From an uncultured Acidobacteriota bacterium (GTDB taxonomy: Bacteria; Acidobacteriota; Terriglobia; Acidiferrales; UBA7541), in contig OY970253.1 of the NCBI GenBank assembly GCA_963715555.1, forward strand, positions 2,375,426 through 2,439,425: 64,000 nucleotides of DNA, given 5' to 3'. Positions within the stretch are counted from its first letter, which is position 1; each line of letters opens with the position of its first letter. The notes under the pieces are model-generated. The model saw only the letters and a list, made by a program, of their open reading frames with translations. It was not told where the DNA came from and did not search any database. Both the position numbers and the translations under genes were made by a program. Of the stretch, positions 8,945 to 20,371 are shown in pieces.

Positions 8945-11149
8945 ATGAAAAGTGTGCGAATGCGCACCCTGCTCGATCACTCACGGCTTCGCAGTTTTGC
9001 CGATCCGGGTTATTCTGTTTCTTGGCACCGAGGCCCGACTGTGCGGAAATTTGAACTCGTTCTCCTGATGCACGCCCACCAACCGGTCGGGAACTTCGAC
9101 GATGTATTTGAGCGCGCCTACGCGAAGTCGTACCTTCCCTTCCTCCAGGTTTTAGCGCGCCATCCCCAGATTCGCGTGGGGCTGCACTATTCGGGGCCGC
9201 TGCTGGAATGGATCGAGCAGAAGCATCCCGAGTATTTCGACCAGATTCGGGAGCTTTGCACGCGAGGGCAAGTCGAAATGGTTGGCGGCGGCATGTACGA
9301 GCCGATCCTGATCGCCATCCCGCCGAAAGACCGCCATACGCAAATCACGCGGCTTGCGGATTACGTCGAAAAGCATTTCGGCGTGCACCCGCGCGGCGCG
9401 TGGCTGGCCGAACGCGTCTGGGAGCCGCAGCTTCCGTCTACGCTGCATGGCGCGGGAGTCGATTACACGCTGGTGGACGACAATCATTTCGTCAGCGCCG
9501 GATTCGAGATGGAGCAGCTTTACGGCTACTACATCGCCGAAGACCTTGGCCACACCGTTCGCGTGCTGCCTGGGCTACAAATTCTGCGCTACCTGATTCC
9601 CTTCCACGACGTTTCCGAGACGATCGACCTTTTGCGCCGCGCCTCCGAATCGCATCCCGGCGGCTTCGCCGCCATGGGCGACGACACGGAAAAGTTCGGT
9701 ATCTGGCCGGGAACGAACGAGCTCTGCTATCGCGACGGCTGGCTGGAACGCTTTTTCAGCGCCCTGGAAGAAAACTCCGACTGGCTCGCCCTGACCCCAC
9801 CCGGCGAGGCGATTTCGTCCCGCGCGCCGCTTGGCCGCGCCGACCTGCCGGTGGCTTCCTACACGGAAATGGGCGAGTGGTCGCTGCCGACTCCCGCGCG
9901 CAACCGTTACCACGAGCTTCTGCGCGAGTTCGCACCGCGCGAAGACGTTCTGCCCTTCCTGCGCGGCGGCATCTGGCGCGGATTTTTCAGCAAGTACCGC
10001 GAATCGAACCTTCTGCACAAGAAGATGCTGCACGTATCGCGCAAAGTCGGCCGGCTCTCCCAAGGCCGCAACCCGCGGCGGAAATCTCACGCCGAACGCG
10101 AATCCGCGGAAACATCGCTGCTGCACGGACAGTGCAACGACTCGTATTGGCACGGCGTCTTCGGCGGCCTGTATTCTCCCCACTTGCGCACGGCCGCCTG
10201 GCAAGCGCTCGCCGCCGCCGAAGCGACCGCGGACCGCCTCTCACACCGATCGCGACAGTTCGCGGACGCAGCGACGCTCGATTTCGATGGCGATGGACGG
10301 GACGAGGTCTATCTCACGTCCGACCAGTACGCCGCGCTCGTCTCGCCGGACGACGGCGGCACGATCAGCGCCATCGACTTCCGTCCGCGCAACGTGACGC
10401 TGATCAATTCCCTGCAGCGACGGCCGGAGTCCTATCACGCCAAGTTGCGTAATCCGCCGGCCAACCAGTCGCAAGGCGTGCATTCGATCCACGAGCAGAT
10501 GCGCACGAAAGAGGAGGGTCTCGAGCGCTGGCTGCATTACGACCGCTGGCCTCGGACCGCCTTCCGCCTGCTGCTCTTCGGCCGCGACAAAACTTTTGAG
10601 GATTGCACCGCAGTGCGTCTCGACGAAGACGCCGTGCTGGCAGGAGGCGAGTATCGGGTAGCCGAAGTTTCGCCGAGAAGCGTCGCGCTCGCGTCCCCGG
10701 ATTGCGGCGATTGGTCCGCGGAAAAATCCTTCGCGTTCCAACGGGTTACCGGAGGGTTTGCAATCGCCTGCGACGCCATCGTTCGACGCCACGCGCGGGG
10801 CGCCGCTTCCGTGAACATCGGAATCGAAGTGGTCGTCAATTTTCTCGCTCCGTCCACGCCGGATCGCTATTTCGAATCGGACGGGCGCCGATTCCCTCTT
10901 CGCTGGGCGGCGGCCGTTCCGGGAGCCGAACTTCGCGTGGTGGATGCATGGCAGAAGGCCGGCGTGGAGTTAAAAGCGCCCGAAGCGCGCGAATTCTGGG
11001 TGTCGCCAATCGATACCGTGTCGGAATCGGAAGATGGATTCGAGCGCGTTTATCAGGGCTCGCAGGTGATCGCCGTATGGCCGGTTGAGTTGCCGGAGCA
11101 AGGCGAGTGGCGCGGGCGTCTGAATTTTACGGTCGCGCAGTTCGACTGA
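8945..11149 (+). CDS. Glycoside hydrolase family 57 enzyme (alpha-amylase / 4-alpha-glucanotransferase type)
   Basis: FELVLLMHAHQPVGNF, HYSGPLLEW and VEMVGGGMYEPIL are GH57 N-terminal catalytic-domain motifs. A long C-terminal region follows, as in DUF1925/DUF1926-containing GH57 proteins. ATG at 8945. The upstream 213 codons of the ORF are repeat DNA. Confidence 0.8.
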   Translation: MKSVRMRTLLDHSRLRSFADPGYSVSWHRGPTVRKFELVLLMHAHQPVGNFDDVFERAYAKSYLPFLQVLARHPQIRVGLHYSGPLLEWIEQKHPEYFDQIRELCTRGQVEMVGGGMYEPILIAIPPKDRHTQITRLADYVEKHFGVHPRGAWLAERVWEPQLPSTLHGAGVDYTLVDDNHFVSAGFEMEQLYGYYIAEDLGHTVRVLPGLQILRYLIPFHDVSETIDLLRRASESHPGGFAAMGDDTEKFGIWPGTNELCYRDGWLERFFSALEENSDWLALTPPGEAISSRAPLGRADLPVASYTEMGEWSLPTPARNRYHELLREFAPREDVLPFLRGGIWRGFFSKYRESNLLHKKMLHVSRKVGRLSQGRNPRRKSHAERESAETSLLHGQCNDSYWHGVFGGLYSPHLRTAAWQALAAAEATADRLSHRSRQFADAATLDFDGDGRDEVYLTSDQYAALVSPDDGGTISAIDFRPRNVTLINSLQRRPESYHAKLRNPPANQSQGVHSIHEQMRTKEEGLERWLHYDRWPRTAFRLLLFGRDKTFEDCTAVRLDEDAVLAGGEYRVAEVSPRSVALASPDCGDWSAEKSFAFQRVTGGFAIACDAIVRRHARGAASVNIGIEVVVNFLAPSTPDRYFESDGRRFPLRWAAAVPGAELRVVDAWQKAGVELKAPEAREFWVSPIDTVSESEDGFERVYQGSQVIAVWPVELPEQGEWRGRLNFTVAQFD

Positions 11150-11226
11150 TACAATCGCACGAAAAGCGCCGCGCACTCTCGATTCGTGACTCGACGAGCG
11201 ACCGCGCGGCTGGTCGGAGAATTCGA

Positions 11227-11400
11227 ATGCCCGTTTCGAAAGAACTGCTGGATATTTTGGTCTGTCCGCTCTGCAAGACTCCGGTCAAATTGACTGACGA
11301 CGGAGAGGGATTGAAATGCCAGACCTGCCGCCGCGTGTATCCGATCCGCGGCGACATTCCCGTGATGCTGATCGAGGAAGCGCGCGTCGATCCGGAATAG
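11227..11400 (+). CDS. Trm112/YcaR family small zinc-ribbon protein
   Basis: MPVSKELLDILVCPLCKTPV...CQTCRRVYPIRGDIPVML is a diagnostic Trm112 family sequence. 57 aa. Confidence 0.85.
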   Translation: MPVSKELLDILVCPLCKTPVKLTDDGEGLKCQTCRRVYPIRGDIPVMLIEEARVDPE

Positions 11401-11424
11401 TCCGAGTCCGCGCGCCGCGCTGAC

Positions 11425-11880
11425 TCAAAGCGCCGGAGGAGGAAAGCTCAGCGACTCGTCGCTGAACTGAACAAACAGGTCAATTTCCTTGGTGTTGCTC
11501 TGTTCCGCGGCATTATCGTCGGACGGAAACGGCTTGTACGGGCTTACTTCCACGATCACATCCACTCCGTTCGAATTCTTGCGGCGCGTGGTTCGTTCGA
11601 TGTGGTAGCTGCGCACCGGGCCGTAGTAGCCGTTCGGTCCCCAATCCTCCAAAAAATCCTTAAAGGAATAGGAAGCGGACGGCTTCCAGATGTGATACGC
11701 CTCCTGCATGTTGCCGGTTGCGACTTCGTCCAGGAAATGGCGAACCGTGTCTTTTTGCTTGTAATAGCGCAGGAAATACCAGCTCGTGCCGAGTACCAGG
11801 GCCAGGAAAACAACAATGGTGATGATATAGCGCCGAACCTTGGACGCGTGATGTTCTTGCTGGGGAGCGTCAAAAAGCAA
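11425..11880 (-). CDS. Hypothetical single-pass membrane protein
   Basis: 151-aa ORF with an N-terminal TM segment (YIITIVVFLALVLGTSWYFL). No family recognised. Confidence 0.5.
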   Translation of the reverse strand: MLFDAPQQEHHASKVRRYIITIVVFLALVLGTSWYFLRYYKQKDTVRHFLDEVATGNMQEAYHIWKPSASYSFKDFLEDWGPNGYYGPVRSYHIERTTRRKNSNGVDVIVEVSPYKPFPSDDNAAEQSNTKEIDLFVQFSDESLSFPPPAL

Positions 11881-11898
11881 CCGCGCTACTCCTTGGCT

Positions 11899-13017
11899 CT
11901 AAATTTGGCGCTTGAAGAGCGCAATACTGATCCCGATCATCAACGCCGAGAACCCGCTTAACAGTAGCACGTCCACGTAAATGCCTTCAATCCCGGTATT
12001 CTTCACCGTCAGATTGCGCAGCGCGTGAACCGTGTACGTGAACGGATCGACCACCGACATCCAGCGAAGCCACTTCGGAAATCCCTCGATTGGAGAGACG
12101 GCGCCGGATGGGAAGAACAGCAGCATATTCAGCACGCCGAACACTGCTCTCGGAACCAGCGGGTCGCTCACGCGCACCATGGCCACGAACATCAAGCTGA
12201 TCATGGCCACGGACGCCACCAGCGTCACCAAGCATAAGTACAGCAGCCGCACCGGGTCCCACAAACCGGGTATTCCCACAATCATGCCGCCGATGATCAC
12301 GATCGACATGCCGGCCATCAAGCCTTTCAGTGCTCCGGCCCCGATCAGTCCTGTCACCAATTCCGATTTCTTGATCGGCGTGAGTAAATAGCCTTCATGC
12401 AGGCCGCGGGATTTGTCGTCGATAAACGTGATGCCGCCGCCGATCATCGCCACGATGAAAATCGCCATCGCTGCCGATCCCGCCAGCAAATATTTCGCGT
12501 ATTCGACGTACGGATATACTTCGACCACGTCCAGCTGCACCTGTCCGTCCAGTCGAGACTGCGTCGCCGGCGCATTCAGCGCCGTGACGATGTCTTGAAG
12601 TTCTCCCTGCAGTGCGCTGGCCATCACCTGATCGGTGTTGTCTTCGCTGAACGCGATCTGCGGCCGGTCGTGATCGTAAAACTTCTGCGAAAAATGCTGC
12701 GGGAGCTCGATGACACCGCGGACGAAGCCCTCGCGCAGCGCATCCACGGCCGCGATCTCGGAGGGATAATCCACAACCCGAAAAGTATCCGGCCCGGCTG
12801 CCACTCCGTCGAACATCTCGCGGACCTTGCGCGACAATACGGAGTGGTCCTGATCGACGAACGCGACCTTGGCGCCTCTAATTTTTCCGCCGAACGCATA
12901 CCCGAGCACGATCAGCTGCACCAGCGGAAAAATCAGAGAGCTCACCATCAGCGCGGGCGAGCGGAAGAACTTCCGCATGTCGCGCTCGATCAAGGCCCAG
13001 ACTCGTTCGAAATTCAT
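11899..13017 (-). CDS. ABC-2 type transporter permease
   Basis: N-terminus ERVWALIERDMRKFFRSPALM, a large periplasmic loop, then five C-terminal TM segments typical of ABC-2 permeases. ATG at 13017 with GAAGGGTGG upstream. An alternative TTG lies at 13038. Confidence 0.8.
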   Translation of the reverse strand: MNFERVWALIERDMRKFFRSPALMVSSLIFPLVQLIVLGYAFGGKIRGAKVAFVDQDHSVLSRKVREMFDGVAAGPDTFRVVDYPSEIAAVDALREGFVRGVIELPQHFSQKFYDHDRPQIAFSEDNTDQVMASALQGELQDIVTALNAPATQSRLDGQVQLDVVEVYPYVEYAKYLLAGSAAMAIFIVAMIGGGITFIDDKSRGLHEGYLLTPIKKSELVTGLIGAGALKGLMAGMSIVIIGGMIVGIPGLWDPVRLLYLCLVTLVASVAMISLMFVAMVRVSDPLVPRAVFGVLNMLLFFPSGAVSPIEGFPKWLRWMSVVDPFTYTVHALRNLTVKNTGIEGIYVDVLLLSGFSALMIGISIALFKRQI

Positions 13018-13065
13018 TGCTTGAAAGCCACCCTTCAACCGCCAGTCAGTCCGCTCGCCGCAGGG

Positions 13066-14046
13066 CTACTTGTAAAACCGGCTGACGTCAAACGTCGCCT
13101 TGTGCGTCGTGTCGCGCAAATCGCTTCCCGTGTAATGGAGAAACACATCGTCGAGCGTCGTGCTCTGCACCGAAACTTTTCGGACGGTCACGTGTTCCGC
13201 GCGCGCCGCGTCCATCAGCGCCGCCACGGTTGCCGGCCCGTCCAGCGATGCGATGTGCGTCACTTTTTCGTGTTTCGTCACGGCTTTCACTGCGGCCAGC
13301 GCGTTGAGCTGCTCGTCCCAGTTCGGCGGCGCGTTATCGAATTCCGCCTCCACCACGTCGGTTCCCGGGATGCTGTCCTTCAGCCGCACGGGCGTATCGA
13401 GCGCCGCGAGTTTCCCGTGATCCACAATCGCAATGCGGTCGCAGAGCTTGTCGGCTTCGTCCATGTAGTGCGTCGTCAGCAGAATGGTCAGCTCGGATTT
13501 GTCGCGCAAATTGCGAATCATCTCCCACACGTTGGCGCGCGACACGGGATCGAGCCCCGTCGTCGGCTCGTCGAGAAACAATATCCGCGGCGAATGGACC
13601 AATCCGCGCGCGATTTCCAGACGGCGCCGCATTCCCCCGGAAAACGTTCCGACCAGCGCGTCTTTGAATTTCAGCAAATCGACCGATTCGAGCAAGCTGA
13701 TAATCAGCTTTCCGCGCGTTCCCGCCGGCACGCCGTAGAGCTTGGCGTGGATCAGCATGTTTTCCATCGCTGTTAGCTCGGGATCGGACGTGAACGCCTG
13801 CGGAATCACTCCCAGGGCGTGCCGCACGCCGTCCGCATCCGTGCGAATATCGTGGCCATCGATTCGCGCCGTGCCGGAGGTGGGCGGCGTCAGAGTCGTC
13901 ATCATGCGAATCAGAGTGGTCTTCCCCGCTCCGTTCGGGCCCAGGAGTCCGAAAATTTCGCGGGTGGCCACGGTAAAACTGATGTCGTTCACCGCGACCA
14001 AATTCCCGAATTTCTTGATGAGATGATCGACTTCAATCGCGTTCAT
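13066..14046 (-). CDS. ABC transporter ATP-binding protein
   Basis: Walker A GPNGAGKTT, signature FSGGMRRRL and Walker B ILFLDEPTTGLD. 326 aa. Confidence 0.9.
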   Translation of the reverse strand: MNAIEVDHLIKKFGNLVAVNDISFTVATREIFGLLGPNGAGKTTLIRMMTTLTPPTSGTARIDGHDIRTDADGVRHALGVIPQAFTSDPELTAMENMLIHAKLYGVPAGTRGKLIISLLESVDLLKFKDALVGTFSGGMRRRLEIARGLVHSPRILFLDEPTTGLDPVSRANVWEMIRNLRDKSELTILLTTHYMDEADKLCDRIAIVDHGKLAALDTPVRLKDSIPGTDVVEAEFDNAPPNWDEQLNALAAVKAVTKHEKVTHIASLDGPATVAALMDAARAEHVTVRKVSVQSTTLDDVFLHYTGSDLRDTTHKATFDVSRFYK

Positions 14047-14063
14047 GCTCGTCCTTCAGCGGC

Positions 14064-15137
14064 TTACAACTTGGCGAACCAGCTTCTCTTGTGCGGCGGG
14101 GGCAACAAAACGGTCGCGGTCATGCCGGTGAATAGCCGGCCGTCGTCTTTCGGCAAAGACACTTTGATCGCAAACGTCTTAATGTCGCGCTTCGTGCGGC
14201 TCACGTCACGTTGCGTGGCGAAATCGCTCTCCACGCCTTTGAAGAACACCTGCCCCTTCAAAATGTCTCCGGAAGGAAGCTTCACGCGCAGCGTTTGCCC
14301 GAACTCCACGTCGTCAATGTAGCTTTCTTCCACATCGACTCGCGCCCACAAGTGATCCACATCCACAATCACCACGATCGGAGATCCCTGCGACACCACT
14401 TCGCCCTGCTTCGCCACGCGCACGGACACGATTCCGCCGAGCGGCGCATAAATTTTCGTGTAGCCGAGCTGCGTTGCCGCCTGCGCTTCGGCCGCGCGCG
14501 CCTGCTCCAATTGTGCGATGGTGGTGGCAATCTGGCTCTGCCGCACCTCCACTTGCTTTTGGTTCGCCAGAGCCACTCCCACAGCCGCCTCTTGCGCGCC
14601 GACGGAATCTTGAAGCGATTTCACGTTGGCCTTGGAAGCTCGCAGCGTGGCTTCGGCATGGTCGCGGTCCTGCGCGGACTCAATGCCGCTTTTGAAGAGC
14701 TGCTGCATGCGGTCGTAGTCCGTCTGATCGCGCCAGAGGTTGGCCTGCGCTTGCGCCAGTTGCGCGCGCGTGGACGTCAGCGTCGCGCGCGCTTGCTGCA
14801 CGGAGGCATTCGTCTCGTCCTTCGTCCAGACGTAATTGTGGTTCGCTTCCTGAACCTGTGCTTCCAGGCTGGCCACGTTGGCCTTGGCCGAAGCCAGACT
14901 CGCCTGCAATTCCTTGGGGTCGAGCTCCGCAATCAACTCGCCCGGCTTCACCCTCGATCCTTCATCGACCGTCAGATTCACCAGGCGGCCGGTGATCTGC
15001 GGGCTGACGATGACTTCGTTTCCATCCACAATTCCGGTCAGCGGTATCGCGTTTCCCAAGGGCGTCGAATACCAGTAAATACCGGCAGCAATCAGAAAAA
15101 TTACCGCCAATAGAACCAGGAATTTTCGGCCGCTCAT
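14064..15137 (-). CDS. HlyD-family efflux periplasmic adaptor
   Basis: N-terminal TM anchor, a long coiled-coil hairpin (LEAQVQEA...LAQAQANL) and a beta-barrel C-terminus (GGIVSVRVAKQGEVV). The start overlaps the TetR stop (ATGA). Confidence 0.85.
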   Translation of the reverse strand: MSGRKFLVLLAVIFLIAAGIYWYSTPLGNAIPLTGIVDGNEVIVSPQITGRLVNLTVDEGSRVKPGELIAELDPKELQASLASAKANVASLEAQVQEANHNYVWTKDETNASVQQARATLTSTRAQLAQAQANLWRDQTDYDRMQQLFKSGIESAQDRDHAEATLRASKANVKSLQDSVGAQEAAVGVALANQKQVEVRQSQIATTIAQLEQARAAEAQAATQLGYTKIYAPLGGIVSVRVAKQGEVVSQGSPIVVIVDVDHLWARVDVEESYIDDVEFGQTLRVKLPSGDILKGQVFFKGVESDFATQRDVSRTKRDIKTFAIKVSLPKDDGRLFTGMTATVLLPPPHKRSWFAKL

Positions 15138-15772
15138 CGCGCTCTGCTCCTTGCCCGCGCCAATCCGTGATCCAAAAAGTCCAGCAAGGCCCGCTTGCGC
15201 TTCTCCACGGCCTCCGGCGACAGCAAATCCCGTCCCATTACGCGGCCCATGATCGGCGCGGCCGCGAAATACGAAGTCACCATGCCCAGCGTGATGAACG
15301 CCGTTTGATCGGCGTCCACTTCTCGAAACTCGCCGGCCGCGACCGCCTCATCGATGGCTCCTGCAATCTTCCGGTGAAGAGGCCGAAAATGCTCGCGCAC
15401 CATCCAGTCGAATTTGGCGCTTTCTTCCATCGCCTCGCGCTGCACCAGACGCGGATAATTCGGATGCGTGGCCAAAAAGTCGAAATACCCGGTCACATAA
15501 CCGAAAAACTGCTCGCTGGCGGACAAATTCTTCGCGGGCGGCGTCAGCACCCGCATCCGCAATTGGCGGAAGATGTTTTCGAGCACGGCGCGATGCAGGC
15601 GGCGCTTGTTTCCGAAATAGTAGTAAAGCATCGCCTTGTTTGCGCGAGCGGCCGTGGCGATTTCCTCCGTCCGCGCGCCCGCCAAGCCTCGCGCGGCGAA
15701 GTGCTGCTCGGCCGCCGCCAGAATTCGACGCGCCGTCGCCGGATCTTCCGCTTTTCTACGTCCTCGACGCAT
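15134..15772 (-). CDS. TetR/AcrR family transcriptional regulator
   Basis: ILAAAEQHFAARGLAGARTEEIATAARANKAMLYYYFGNK is a TetR HTH. ATG at 15772 gives 212 aa. The longer ORF to 16231 overlaps the AKR gene. Confidence 0.85.
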   Translation of the reverse strand: MRRGRRKAEDPATARRILAAAEQHFAARGLAGARTEEIATAARANKAMLYYYFGNKRRLHRAVLENIFRQLRMRVLTPPAKNLSASEQFFGYVTGYFDFLATHPNYPRLVQREAMEESAKFDWMVREHFRPLHRKIAGAIDEAVAAGEFREVDADQTAFITLGMVTSYFAAAPIMGRVMGRDLLSPEAVEKRKRALLDFLDHGLARARSRAR

Positions 15773-15780
15773 GGCTTGTT

Positions 15781-16767
<987 letters not shown>

Positions 16768-16797
16768 AGCGTTCCTCCGGGAGCGTCTGCATTATTT

Positions 16798-16813
16798 AAC
16801 TAACCGGTTAGTT
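16798..16813. promoter_or_regulatory. Perfect 16-bp palindrome AACTAACCGGTTAGTT, candidate TetR-type operator
   Basis: Read directly from the sequence. It lies 31 nt upstream of the AKR start codon, at the head of the co-directional AKR-TetR-HlyD-ABC-ABC gene string. Confidence 0.5.
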
Positions 16814-16865
16814 TATTCAGCGGGCCGCCCGCTGTCAAGCGCGGCTCCCACACAAAATCGAGCGA

Positions 16866-17999
16866 TCAGCCTTCGAGGGCGCCGCCCGCTCCCGCGGGCA
16901 GCTCGATGGAATATTTCGTGCGGGCTTTCTCGGCGTGAAGTTCCAGGGCCAGTTCGATCAGACGGTCGATCAGCTTCGGATACGGCAGCCCCGAGGCCTC
17001 CCACATCTTCGGATACATGCTGATCGAAGTGAAGCCCGGAATCGTGTTCAGCTCGTTGACGAAGAACTTCCCCGTCTTGCGCTCCAGAAAGAAATCGCAG
17101 CGCGCCATGCCCGTGCAGTCGATGGCGCGAAAGGCGCGCACGGCGTAATCCTGTACCGTGGATACCTGCTTCTTCGTCAGCTGCGCCGGAATCACCAGCT
17201 GTGTTCCCTGCTCCAGATATTTGGCCTTATAGTCGTAATAATCGCGATGCGGCACCACCTCGCCGGGAACCGACGCCTGCACTTCCTCGTTGCCGAGCGC
17301 CGAGACTTCGATCTCCCGCGCGTTTACCGCGCGCTCCACCAAAATCTTGAGCGCAAATTCGCCCGCCAAATCCATCGCCGCGGGCAATTCATCGGCTGTC
17401 TTCACGCGCGTCATGCCCACCGACGATCCGCCCGTGGCCGGCTTGACGAACACGGGAAACCGGAATTTCTTCTTGATTGCTTGCAGCACTTTCGCCCGCT
17501 GTTTTTCCCATTCCCAGCGATGCGCCGCGAGAAACGGCACCACCGGCAGCCCGGCCTGCTCGAAAAGCCGCTTCTGCACGTCCTTGTCGAGTCCCACCGC
17601 CGAGCCCAGCACGCCCGCCCCGACGTACGGCAGCCCCGCCAGCTCCAGCAGCCCCTGCACCGTGCCGTCTTCGCCAAACGTTCCGTGCAGCACGGGGAAA
17701 ATCACGTCCACGCCGACGCTCGGCCGTCCCGCGCCCGGCGAAAGCGGCACCAGCGCCGCCGCCGTGGGATCCGGCGGCAGCGAAACGCGCTCGCCCGATT
17801 TCAGCACTTCCGGCAGCATCTTTTGCGCGCCCGTGCCCACCAGCCAGCGCCCATCCTTCGTGATGCCGATCGGCACCACTTCATATTTTCCCGGGTCGAG
17901 CGCGCGAATCACCGATGTAGCCGACGCCAGCGATACTTCATGTTCGCCGGAGCGTCCTCCATACATCACACCAACCCTTAACCGCTTTTGAGAATTCAT
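16866..17999 (-). CDS. ddl: D-alanine--D-alanine ligase
   Basis: RVGVMYGGRSGEHEVSLASA at the N-terminus, an ATP-grasp core, and the C-terminal NELNTIPGFTSISMYPKMW motif. 377 aa. Confidence 0.9.
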   Translation of the reverse strand: MNSQKRLRVGVMYGGRSGEHEVSLASATSVIRALDPGKYEVVPIGITKDGRWLVGTGAQKMLPEVLKSGERVSLPPDPTAAALVPLSPGAGRPSVGVDVIFPVLHGTFGEDGTVQGLLELAGLPYVGAGVLGSAVGLDKDVQKRLFEQAGLPVVPFLAAHRWEWEKQRAKVLQAIKKKFRFPVFVKPATGGSSVGMTRVKTADELPAAMDLAGEFALKILVERAVNAREIEVSALGNEEVQASVPGEVVPHRDYYDYKAKYLEQGTQLVIPAQLTKKQVSTVQDYAVRAFRAIDCTGMARCDFFLERKTGKFFVNELNTIPGFTSISMYPKMWEASGLPYPKLIDRLIELALELHAEKARTKYSIELPAGAGGALEG

Positions 18000-18044
18000 C
18001 CTTCCCCTGCCCTTTTCTCCGCCGCTTCCCCGAATTCGAAAGCT

Positions 18045-18956
18045 TCACAAGATCTTCTTGCCCAACCCCGATAGCACCAACTCCACTCCCAGCGTCGCCG
18101 TGGTGTTGTGCAGATCGATCACCGGATTGATCTCCACCAGCTCGAACGACACCATGGACCGGCTATCGGCAATCATCTCCATCGCCAGATGCGCCTCGCG
18201 GTACGTCGCGCCGCCGCGTACCGGCGTGCCCACTCCCGGCGCTTCCGAGGGATCGACGAAATCCATGTCGAGGCTCACCGCGATTCCCGCCGTGTCGTCG
18301 CCCGCAAACTTCAGCGCCTCGGCCATCACCTCGCGCATGCCGCGCTCGTCGATATCCCGCATGGTGAACACGTGCACGCCCGACTCTTTCATCAGCCGCC
18401 GCTCTTTCGCATCCAGATCGCGCACGCCCACCAGCGCCACGTTGCGCGGCTCGACCATCGGCTTGACGCCCGCCAGCTCCGTCAATCCCGCCAGCCCGTA
18501 GCCCATGATCGACGCGAGCGGCATCCCATGCACGTTGCCCGAAGGCGAACTTTCCGGCGTGTTCATATCGCCGTGCGCGTCGAGCCAGATCATGCCGACG
18601 CGCTTCGATTGCTTGTGAAAAAATCCCGCCACTCCGGCCATCGTGCCCACGGCGATCGAATGGTCGCCGCCCAGCACCAGCGGCAGCAGGTCGGCTTCGA
18701 GCGTCTTCCGCACTGTCTCCGCCAGTCCCCTGCACGTCTCGGCGATCTCGTCGAGATACTTGGCGTTTTTCTCACCGTAGTGCTGCTCTTCCGGCTGACG
18801 GACGGAAATATTGCCGATGTCTTCCACCTGCCGCCCCAGCTGCTTCAGCCGCGCCTGCAAACCGGCCACGCGCAATGCGGACGGTCCCATATCGACGCCT
18901 CGGCGGCTCGCGCCCAGGTCCATTGGCACACCGATGATGCGGATTTTCTCGGCCAT
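18045..18956 (-). CDS. rocF: Arginase
   Basis: GGDHSIAVGT, DAHGDMNTPESSPSGNVHGMPLA and SLDMDFVDP are Mn-binding and arginase-specific motifs. ATG at 18956 gives 303 aa. The upstream ORF extension overlaps asnS. Confidence 0.85.
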   Translation of the reverse strand: MAEKIRIIGVPMDLGASRRGVDMGPSALRVAGLQARLKQLGRQVEDIGNISVRQPEEQHYGEKNAKYLDEIAETCRGLAETVRKTLEADLLPLVLGGDHSIAVGTMAGVAGFFHKQSKRVGMIWLDAHGDMNTPESSPSGNVHGMPLASIMGYGLAGLTELAGVKPMVEPRNVALVGVRDLDAKERRLMKESGVHVFTMRDIDERGMREVMAEALKFAGDDTAGIAVSLDMDFVDPSEAPGVGTPVRGGATYREAHLAMEMIADSRSMVSFELVEINPVIDLHNTTATLGVELVLSGLGKKIL

Positions 18957-19000
18957 TTCGGTGGTACTTCCGCGATCCCGAAAAACTTCGGAGGGACGTC

Positions 19001-20326
19001 TTAAGGATAGACGCGATAGAGCATGCGTGGGAAGGGGATCACTTCGCGAATGTGCTCGGTTCCGCAAATCCAGGCCACAGTCCGTTCCAGGCCCAGGCCA
19101 AACCCCGCGTGCGGAACGCTGCCGTAGCGCCGCAAGTCGAGATACCACTGAAACGCTTCTTCCGGCAGATTGCTTTCCCGAATCCGCCGTACCAGCGTTT
19201 CGTAATCCGATTGCCGCTCGCCTCCGCCAATGATTTCGCCGAACCCCTCGGGCGCAATCATGTCGAAGCTCAACGAAAGCTCGGGCCGCTCCGGGTCGGT
19301 GGCCATGTAGAACGCCTTCATCGCCGCCGGGTAGCGATGGATGATCACCGGCTTGTCGAACTCTTTCGATAGCAGCGTTTCTTCGTCCCCGCCGAAATCG
19401 TCGCCCCATTTCGTCGGGTTCCCTGCTTTTTGCAGCACCTTCACCGCATCGTCGTAGGTGATCCTCGGAAACGGGGGCGCGATCTTTTCGAGTTTCGAGA
19501 CGTCTCTCCCCAGCGTCGTCACCTCGCGCGCGCGGTTTTTCAACACCGACTGCACGATCGCGCTCACCAGACCTTCGCCCAGGTCCATCATGTCCGCCAG
19601 ATGCGCAAACGCCGCCTCGGGCTCCAGCATCCAGAATTCCGTCAAATGCCGCCGCGTTTTAGACTTTTCCGCGCGAAACGTGGGTCCGAACGTGTACACC
19701 TTGCCCAGCGCCGCCGCCGTCGCTTCCACATAGAGTTGCCCCGACTGCGTCAAATAAGCTTTCTGGTCGTCGATGTAATTGACCTCGAAGAGCGTCGTGG
19801 TGCCTTCGCAAGCCGCCGGGGTGAAAATCGGAGCATCTGTCAGCGTGTAGCCCTGGTCGTCCATGAAATTGCGCGCCGCGCGAACGGCCTCCGCGCGAAT
19901 CCGCAAAATAGCCGCCTGCCGAGGCGTGCGAATCCACAAATGGCGCTGGTCGAGCAGGAAATCGACGCCGTGCTCCTTCAGTTGGATCGGGTACGGAGTC
20001 GACTCCGGCACGCGCTGCACCACTTCCACGGCATGCACGTGAATCTCGCACCCGCCCGGCGCTCGCGGTTCCATCTGAATCTTGCCGGTAACGATCACGC
20101 TCGATTCCTGCGTCAGCCCCTTCAGCGCGCCGAACGCCTCCGGCTGCTCCTTCAGCGACACCACGCCCTGCATCACGCCCGTGCCGTCGCGAAAAATGGG
20201 AAACAGCAGCTTGCCCGATTCGCGCAGGTTGTAAAGCCAGCCCCGAATCGTAACCACCTGCCCCGCGTGATCCCCGGCCCGCTCGATCGCGATCACCGGG
20301 GCTGTCGTCTGTGCTTCTTGGCTCAT
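19001..20326 (-). CDS. asnS: Asparagine--tRNA ligase
   Basis: An OB-fold N-terminus ([26 protein letters not shown]) is followed by class II motifs ([30 protein letters not shown]). ATG at 20326. Confidence 0.85.
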   Translation of the reverse strand: MSQEAQTTAPVIAIERAGDHAGQVVTIRGWLYNLRESGKLLFPIFRDGTGVMQGVVSLKEQPEAFGALKGLTQESSVIVTGKIQMEPRAPGGCEIHVHAVEVVQRVPESTPYPIQLKEHGVDFLLDQRHLWIRTPRQAAILRIRAEAVRAARNFMDDQGYTLTDAPIFTPAACEGTTTLFEVNYIDDQKAYLTQSGQLYVEATAAALGKVYTFGPTFRAEKSKTRRHLTEFWMLEPEAAFAHLADMMDLGEGLVSAIVQSVLKNRAREVTTLGRDVSKLEKIAPPFPRITYDDAVKVLQKAGNPTKWGDDFGGDEETLLSKEFDKPVIIHRYPAAMKAFYMATDPERPELSLSFDMIAPEGFGEIIGGGERQSDYETLVRRIRESNLPEEAFQWYLDLRRYGSVPHAGFGLGLERTVAWICGTEHIREVIPFPRMLYRVYP

Positions 20327-20371
20327 GTGTTGAATTGAATCGAAGGCGCCCACCAAGGGGCGCCGCCCGCC

